From an uncultured Bacteroides sp. (GTDB lineage Bacteria > Bacteroidota > Bacteroidia > Bacteroidales > SM23-62): DNA of 64,000 nt. Location: contig CAYSJH010000001.1 of NCBI GenBank assembly GCA_964431315.1, forward strand, positions 22,688 through 86,687, given 5' to 3'. The position numbers were made by a program, and so were the translations under genes. The notes under the pieces are model-generated. The model ran no database searches and was not told the origin of the DNA. It saw only the letters and a list, made by a program, of their open reading frames with translations. This document shows positions 58,502 through 64,000 of this stretch, piece by piece (the first letter of the stretch is position 1; every line of letters starts with the position of its first letter).

Positions 58502-58622
58502 GGTCGCAAAATGCGACCGCATACAGTATGACTAAAAACTGGATATCACAAATTGTGATATCCAATTCTTCATCTCTGGGCTGGCTTCCGGTTTGAGGCC
58601 ACAATTCGTGACCTCAAACCGG
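58502..58622. repeat. Array of three palindromes with a shared (T/C)C(A/G)CA-nnn-(T/C)G(T/C)GA core
   Basis: ggtcgca-aaa-tgcgacc (58502-58518); tggatatcaca-aat-tgtgatatcca (58540-58564); ccggtttgaggccaca-att-cgtgacctcaaaccgg (58588-58622). Confidence 0.9.
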
Positions 58623-58638
58623 ATAATCAAAAAAAACC

Positions 58639-58998
58639 TTATTCCTCTTCTTTCACCTCTTCCCTTTTCCCGTCAATGAAGACGAAGTTGTCGCCGCTGA
58701 TCTCGAATGAGTAGCGTTTCTGGCCTTCCTTGTCTTCCCAGGTGGAGGACTGGATCTTTCCCTCGACGTAGAGCGGGATGCCTTTTCGGACATAGGCTTC
58801 CACGATATCGGCCGCCTTGTTCCAGAAGACCACCGTGTGCCATTCGGTTTTCTGGACCTGGTTCCCCTCCTTGTCGAGGTAGACTTCGTTGGTAGCCAGC
58901 GGGAAGCGGGCCACTTTCATGGTGTCGTTGATCTGGTTCACCCTGGGATCGTCACCGACGTTTCCCATAAGGGTAACCTTGTTGATTCCTCTTTTCAT
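58639..58998 (-). CDS. ssb: Single-stranded DNA-binding protein (short, no DDLPF-type tip)
   Basis: INKVTLMGNVGDDP..FPLATNE..TEWHTVVFW..LYVEGKIQ. Confidence 0.92.
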   Translation of the reverse strand: MKRGINKVTLMGNVGDDPRVNQINDTMKVARFPLATNEVYLDKEGNQVQKTEWHTVVFWNKAADIVEAYVRKGIPLYVEGKIQSSTWEDKEGQKRYSFEISGDNFVFIDGKREEVKEEE

Positions 58999-59140
58999 TA
59001 TAAATTGATTTAGGATTAATAAAACAGAAAATCATTACCTCTTAATGAAGAAAAGGGTAAAATATCATTCTCCTGACAACAGGTTCGGTTATTCTGGCTT
59101 GGAAAAGCCAGGGATGTCAAAATGGGCAGGAGGGAATCAT

Positions 59141-60220
59141 TCAGGTGCCATTCGATTTCCCGATCGTTTCCCCGATGATGAGGTTGTAGATCTCCGCCTC
59201 GGTATGGCCCATGGTACGGATCATTTTGGGGACAATGCTTTCACGGCTCATGCCGGGCACGCCGTTCAGTTCAAGGAAGTAAAACTCTCCGCGGCTATGG
59301 ATAAAGTCAATCCGTACCAGTCCCCTGCATTCCATCAGGTCATAGATTTTCGAGGAGATTGCCTTGCATTTCCGGGCCTGCTTGTCGGGTATCTCCGCCG
59401 GGGTCACCTCTTCTGCCATCCCGACGGTGTACTTGGCTTCGTAGTCGAAGAATTCATTCCTGGATATGATTTCCGTTAACGGGAAGATGTATTCCATGGA
59501 AGAGGTCTTGAGCAGGCCGCAGGTCAATTCCCGTCCCGGGAGGTATTTTTCAACCAGCACTTCATCATCCTCTTTAAAGGCTTTATTTATGGCATTCTCC
59601 AGGTCTCCAGCCTTATTTATCCTGGAGACGCCAAAGCTTGATCCGCCTGCGTTGGGTTTTATGAAGCACGGGAGTCCCACTTTCTCAAGCACGACTTCCG
59701 GGTTATATGGATCGATCCGGTTTCCGCTTACTATTTCCCATTGAGGTTGAGAGTCAGAAGCAGTGTGCCTGGAAGCGGCTTCCTTCCGGATCAACACTGC
59801 ATCGGCCGTCAGTATGCCTGCTTTGCGAACCAGCTCCTTGCTGGCGAATTTATTGAAGGATAGCTCGAGGGAGCGTGCTCCGGAGGTGGAGTAGGGGATG
59901 CCGAGTTTGTCGAGGTAGGCCTGCAGCTGTCCATCTTCTCCGGGGGGACCGTGAAGGGCGATGAATGCGTAATCGAAGCGGATCGTATCGCCATCACGCT
60001 TAAAACTGAAATCATCCCTGTTCAATGGAAGATGTTCCGACCCTTTCGCTCCCGGACCTTCTTCTCCCAACCTGATATGCCAGTCATTCTCGCGGATGTA
60101 TACGATGTAGGGTTCATACCTGGAGGGATCCAGGTTCAGCCTGACCTGTTCCGCGCTTTTCAGCGAGATGACCAGTTCGGAGGAATCCCCGCCCGTAACT
60201 ATGGCAACATTTTTTTTCAT
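59141..60220 (-). CDS. ddl: D-alanine--D-alanine ligase
   Basis: GGDSSELVISLKSA, ALHGPPGEDG, KPNAGGSSFG, KYTVG, VRIDF, ELNGVPGM. Confidence 0.95.
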   Translation of the reverse strand: MKKNVAIVTGGDSSELVISLKSAEQVRLNLDPSRYEPYIVYIRENDWHIRLGEEGPGAKGSEHLPLNRDDFSFKRDGDTIRFDYAFIALHGPPGEDGQLQAYLDKLGIPYSTSGARSLELSFNKFASKELVRKAGILTADAVLIRKEAASRHTASDSQPQWEIVSGNRIDPYNPEVVLEKVGLPCFIKPNAGGSSFGVSRINKAGDLENAINKAFKEDDEVLVEKYLPGRELTCGLLKTSSMEYIFPLTEIISRNEFFDYEAKYTVGMAEEVTPAEIPDKQARKCKAISSKIYDLMECRGLVRIDFIHSRGEFYFLELNGVPGMSRESIVPKMIRTMGHTEAEIYNLIIGETIGKSNGT

Positions 60221-60304
60221 GGCATCAAGCGGATCAGGAATTAAGTTCTCCCTTGATCATGGCAATGCGTTTTTGCATGGTCTCATACAAAGATAATTTC
60301 TTTT

Positions 60305-61363
60305 TCATCCGGTTTCACCCGATCGACCCCCGAGGTAGCGGCGCCATTTTTCAATAACCTGCTTCATGTCTTCCGGGAGTTCCGATTCAAACAGCATTTC
60401 CTTTCCGCTCACCGGGTGCCTGAAGCCAAGTGAACGGGCATGGAGGGCCTGGCGTGGCAGGATGGCAAAACAGTTCTGCACGAACTGCCTGTATTTTGTA
60501 AAGGTCGTCCCTTTCAGGATCTGGTCCCCCCCGTAGGTGGCATCGTTGAACAGGGGGTGGCGGATGTACTGGAAATGTACCCTGATCTGGTGGGTGCGGC
60601 CTGTTTCGAGGCGGCATTCCACGAGGTTAATGTATCCGAGGCGTTCGATGACCCGGTAATGGGTCAGGGCCGGTTTCCCCTGCGATCCGTCCGGGTAAAC
60701 CCGCATCCGGGTACGGTCCCGCATGTCCCTACCGATGTGCCCTTCGATGCTGCCCTCATCCTCCTTAAGGTCCCCCCACACGAGTGCCAGGTACCTGCGG
60801 TTCGTGGTGCGTTCAAAGAACTGTTTGGCCAGCCGGTTGAGGGCCAGTTCGGTCTTGGCGACCACCAGGAGTCCCGAGGTGTCTTTGTCGAGGCGGTGGA
60901 CCATCCCGGGGCGCATATCGCCGGATTGGAACAGGGGAAGGTCGCGGAAATGGTAATACAGCGCATTGACCAGGGTGCCGCCATAATTCCCCACTCCCGG
61001 GTGCACCACCATGCCGGCGGCCTTGTTTATCACCAGTAAATCATCATCCTCGAAGACGATATCCAGGGGGATATTTTCCGGAACGATCACCGTTTCCCTG
61101 GGGGGATGGGGTAGAACGATGCTGATGATTTCGCCCGGCTTGATCCGGTAATTCGATTTGACAGGGTTGTCATTGACCAGGATGTTGCCGGCCTGGGCGG
61201 CGGACTGTACCCGGGTCCTCGAGGTCTGCCAGAGGTGGTTGACCAGGTATTTGTCGATGCGCATGGGTTGCTGCCCCCTGTCCACCACGAAGCGGTGATG
61301 CTCAAAAAGTTCCGATGAATCGGTGAAATCCTGGTCCGAATGGTCCGTGTGGTTATTATTCAT
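60305..61363 (-). CDS. RluA/RluD family 23S rRNA pseudouridine synthase
   Basis: S4 domain; INKAAGMVVHP, VHRLDKDTSG, LETGRTHQIRVH, RQALHARSL. Confidence 0.95.
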   Translation of the reverse strand: MNNNHTDHSDQDFTDSSELFEHHRFVVDRGQQPMRIDKYLVNHLWQTSRTRVQSAAQAGNILVNDNPVKSNYRIKPGEIISIVLPHPPRETVIVPENIPLDIVFEDDDLLVINKAAGMVVHPGVGNYGGTLVNALYYHFRDLPLFQSGDMRPGMVHRLDKDTSGLLVVAKTELALNRLAKQFFERTTNRRYLALVWGDLKEDEGSIEGHIGRDMRDRTRMRVYPDGSQGKPALTHYRVIERLGYINLVECRLETGRTHQIRVHFQYIRHPLFNDATYGGDQILKGTTFTKYRQFVQNCFAILPRQALHARSLGFRHPVSGKEMLFESELPEDMKQVIEKWRRYLGGRSGETG

Positions 61364-61419
61364 CAGATGAGCTAATTCGCGACTACGTATTGTTCCGGGG
61401 GATCAATCACCGGTTCCTG

Positions 61420-63327
61420 TCAGCGTACGATCATTAATTTGCTGCCTGCCCTGTAAATCCCCTTCTGGTTTACCCTGACCAGGTAGAGTCCCACCGGCAG
61501 ATCCCCGACGTAATGCCTGGTTTCCCCGGGACGGCTCTCGTAGACCAGCTTGCCCTGCAGGTTATACAGGCCGATGGTCCATTCCCCCGGAGCGGTACCA
61601 TCAACGCCTGCAATCGATTTTGTGCCGGGATTCCAGGATGATGCATTTCCGGCACCCGTAGGGAATTCCGTGTAAAAATATTCGCTGGCGGGATTGGGGT
61701 AAACCTGCATCCTCATCTCCGGGATCTCCGGGGCGGATACCGGCCAGCTCAGTTCTTTGCCCATGAGGGGGCGCAGCATGAGGCTTCCGTTGAAACCCGT
61801 ATTGATCCATTCCTGTCCCAGGTTATAAAAAATCTTGTCCCGGTTGTTGTTCCAGACATCCCATCCCACATTAAGCATCCTTTCGGTGGTTTTGATCCAT
61901 CCCACGTAAAAGAGCTCGGATACCACGATGGTGGTATCGAACTTGTAGGTGAAAAACTGGTTTAATTCCGAGGTGTATTCGGGTTTGATGCCTGACATTT
62001 TGTAGATCAACTCTCCCGGGGCATTAAGATCTTTGTCGTGGTCCCAGACTGCCAGGTAGAAGTAATCCTGCGTATAATCCCCCAGCGTTCGGTTGAAATA
62101 CATCTGCACCCCCCTGAGGGTGTCGGTTTTATAGGTTTTAAACCGGTATGCAACGGCGGCATTGGCCGTGCCTTCACCCCTGAGCCCGTATCCGTTTTCG
62201 GCGCTCCCGTCGTCGTAGGCGTAATAATTGTAGAAGCGCTGGTAGCGGACCACGGTGTCGTTCCATTTGTAATCGAGGTCCTCGGTGACCAGGTAGGACC
62301 GGATCTCGAAGACCGTGGAGTCGGCTTCATAAAAGATAAAAGGGTAATTGTACGGGAACTGGAAGGTTTTCAACACCCCGGGTGCGACATTGGTGGCCCC
62401 GCCGTTCACAGAATCGGATTCACGGTATTTCAGGTCGGTGATTTTCAGGATCCGCGTTACGTTCCTGACGGTGGTGTCGTTGTTCCGGTAGCTGATATCG
62501 ACCGTTGATTTGAGCTCGGTGATGTAAGCTTTCGGGAAATGCCTCCACGGAATGGTCTGGTAGGTTTTCAGCAGGGAACCCAGCGACGAGATCATCGATA
62601 CGTCATTCAGGGCGGTGACGTTGGATGACCTGGCTGTATCCAGGTAAACGTAATCTACGTTCCAGATGTCCACGTTGTTGTTCTTGTCGTCGTAACCGAC
62701 CACCCTGGGAAGGCTGGCATAGTTCAGAAACCGGAACCGGAAGCCTTTTTTCAGGAAGCGTTCGGCGGTAACGGGAATGAAGACCTGCCGGAAGGTGTCC
62801 TTTTCCGATCCTTCGACTGACCAGACGGTTTCCCATCTATTGCTGTCCGGTGCATAGAAATCGACCGTAAGCGAATCCCAGGGCTCCGGTGCATCCCCGA
62901 GTCCTTTTGGCTCGTAGAAAAAACTCAGCCAGATATCATTCCTGCCCGGGTAGTCCAGGTTGATGGGGACGGAGGTCAGGAAATCGGATTCGAAGGGCAG
63001 CTGGGTGGAACCGTTCAGTTCCCCTTTCGAGTTAATGGCATCGAGGGTGGCCACGCCGATGGTAACGGGATTGCTGGTATAGGTATTGTTGACGTAGGCG
63101 TAGTCATCCGTCCAGAAAGTGGGATTGGGAAGCCAGTCCCGGCGGGAAAAATCGTCAAAGAAAGGCAGGTCCAGCGTGTCCGGTAAGACATCGACCCCGG
63201 TGCTTTTCCTGGCCTTCGGGGATTGTATGCCGGGCCGGCCGGCCGGTACCAGGACTTCCTGGGCATGGACCGGCAGGAAAGAGACCAGGTACAAAACAAG
63301 GCAGGCAATTCCGGTTTTAATTTTCAT
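61420..63327 (-). CDS. T9SS type A CTD-containing protein
   Basis: Signal peptide; LDLPFFDDFS, YYAYDDGSAE; CTD VYPNPAS..YNLQGKLV..LPVGLYLVRV. Confidence 0.88.
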   Translation of the reverse strand: MKIKTGIACLVLYLVSFLPVHAQEVLVPAGRPGIQSPKARKSTGVDVLPDTLDLPFFDDFSRRDWLPNPTFWTDDYAYVNNTYTSNPVTIGVATLDAINSKGELNGSTQLPFESDFLTSVPINLDYPGRNDIWLSFFYEPKGLGDAPEPWDSLTVDFYAPDSNRWETVWSVEGSEKDTFRQVFIPVTAERFLKKGFRFRFLNYASLPRVVGYDDKNNNVDIWNVDYVYLDTARSSNVTALNDVSMISSLGSLLKTYQTIPWRHFPKAYITELKSTVDISYRNNDTTVRNVTRILKITDLKYRESDSVNGGATNVAPGVLKTFQFPYNYPFIFYEADSTVFEIRSYLVTEDLDYKWNDTVVRYQRFYNYYAYDDGSAENGYGLRGEGTANAAVAYRFKTYKTDTLRGVQMYFNRTLGDYTQDYFYLAVWDHDKDLNAPGELIYKMSGIKPEYTSELNQFFTYKFDTTIVVSELFYVGWIKTTERMLNVGWDVWNNNRDKIFYNLGQEWINTGFNGSLMLRPLMGKELSWPVSAPEIPEMRMQVYPNPASEYFYTEFPTGAGNASSWNPGTKSIAGVDGTAPGEWTIGLYNLQGKLVYESRPGETRHYVGDLPVGLYLVRVNQKGIYRAGSKLMIVR

Positions 63328-63371
63328 TATGAAATCTCAATTCTAACTCTTCCCGGAAGAAGAGCATTCGG

Positions 63372-64000
63372 TTACCGTTCATCTTCGCCGGGAGGCGGCA
63401 ATTTGATTTCTTCCGGAAGGGGAAGCTTGGTTGAATCGACCGTTAACCAGATGTCAACCGATGACCCCAGGTTGATCAGTATCTCTTCTTCCTCGCTGTA
63501 AACGGGTCTCTGCTTCCATACAAATGCCAGCGCTGAATCGTCGGCATTCTCAATTGACCTGTCGTAAATGATCGCCCCGAGGTTCAGGTATCGCTCCGTG
63601 ATCCTCTGCCTGGCCTCATCAAGGAAAAGGCCGACCAGGTCGGGCGCCGCTGTCTTTTCATTGCTTAGACCCCTTCCCAGCACCAGGTCCACTTTTGAAC
63701 CCCTGGGGATCGAATCGCCTTCTTCTATAACGTTCCCCCGGTATTTTTGTTGCAGTACGTTGTTTACAGCGATATCAGGCACGTAGGTGAGTTTCCCGAT
63801 TTTCAGTCCCGCTGTCTGCAGGATGGCGCTCGCCTGTCTCAGGCTTACCCCCGATACGTTGGGCATCGGGATGATCTCGGGATTGAATGCATTGATGGTT
63901 AGAAAGATGGTACGGTCTTCCTTGACCTTGAACTCGGGCCGGGGATTCTGGTCGATGACCGATCCGCGGGTGGCATTCATGTCGAAGACCGAATCGACGA
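63372..64000 (-). CDS. PASTA domain protein (partial, start outside window)
   Basis: GSVIDQNP, MPNVSGVSLRQA, APDLVGLFLDEA; frame open to the window end. Confidence 0.88.
   Translation of the reverse strand, partial: VDSVFDMNATRGSVIDQNPRPEFKVKEDRTIFLTINAFNPEIIPMPNVSGVSLRQASAILQTAGLKIGKLTYVPDIAVNNVLQQKYRGNVIEEGDSIPRGSKVDLVLGRGLSNEKTAAPDLVGLFLDEARQRITERYLNLGAIIYDRSIENADDSALAFVWKQRPVYSEEEEILINLGSSVDIWLTVDSTKLPLPEEIKLPPPGEDER

Noticed and set aside
58502-58622. Integron attC sites
   Set aside because: No RYYYAAC..GTTRRRY core ends, hairpins too short, and no IntI in the window.
1163-63786. Long antisense or alternative-frame ORFs (for example 1163..2005, 7795..8580, 19786..20025 extension, 22826..23845, 31738..32661, 33712..35013, 36394..37239)
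   Set aside because: They overlap recognisable genes, have no family motifs, and are expected as shadow ORFs in GC-rich DNA.
1-64000. tRNA, rRNA, riboswitch, diversity-generating retroelement, IS or prophage
   Set aside because: No cloverleaf or rRNA-like tract, no RT, integrase, transposase or phage structural motifs seen; intergenic gaps are short. A covariance-model search (Rfam, tRNAscan) would be needed to exclude small cis-RNAs such as an rpsO leader at 21080-21290.

Overview
Mostly core chromosome of a GC-rich Bacteroidota organism, probably Bacteroidales-like. Support: TAnnTTTG -7 promoter boxes, two T9SS C-terminal sorting domains, a PorE-like protein, and the gene orders glnA(III)-purM-prfA-pyrF-DUF2851, rpsO-pnp and PASTA-T9SS cargo-RluA-ddl. 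About 52 coding regions cover housekeeping (glnA, purM, prfA, pyrF, rpsO, pnp, sucC, arcA, elbB, thpR, pcm, gcvP, ssb, ddl), peptidases, a lipoprotein serpin, transporters, a TonB-dependent receptor paired with a T9SS-secreted beta-helix protein, and two type II toxin-antitoxin pairs. I found no rRNA, tRNA, CRISPR array, integrase, transposase or reverse transcriptase. The unusual signal is mainly non-coding or small-scale. (1) Two AT-richer single genes (DUF1016/YhcG nuclease and a SnoaL-like lipoprotein) each sit between direct repeats. (2) The last codons and stop of at least seven genes are re-copied a short distance downstream. (3) Three palindromes with an ORF6N-like core are clustered between ssb and a PIN toxin-antitoxin pair. 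(4) A five-unit, 11-bp-phased Pho-box-like array precedes the TonB receptor. (5) PNPase has a 7x heptad tail. (6) Three accessory genes are disrupted (YhcG deletion, HigB start loss, a transmembrane regulator-like gene split by TAA). Family assignments come from motif recognition by eye, not database searches.
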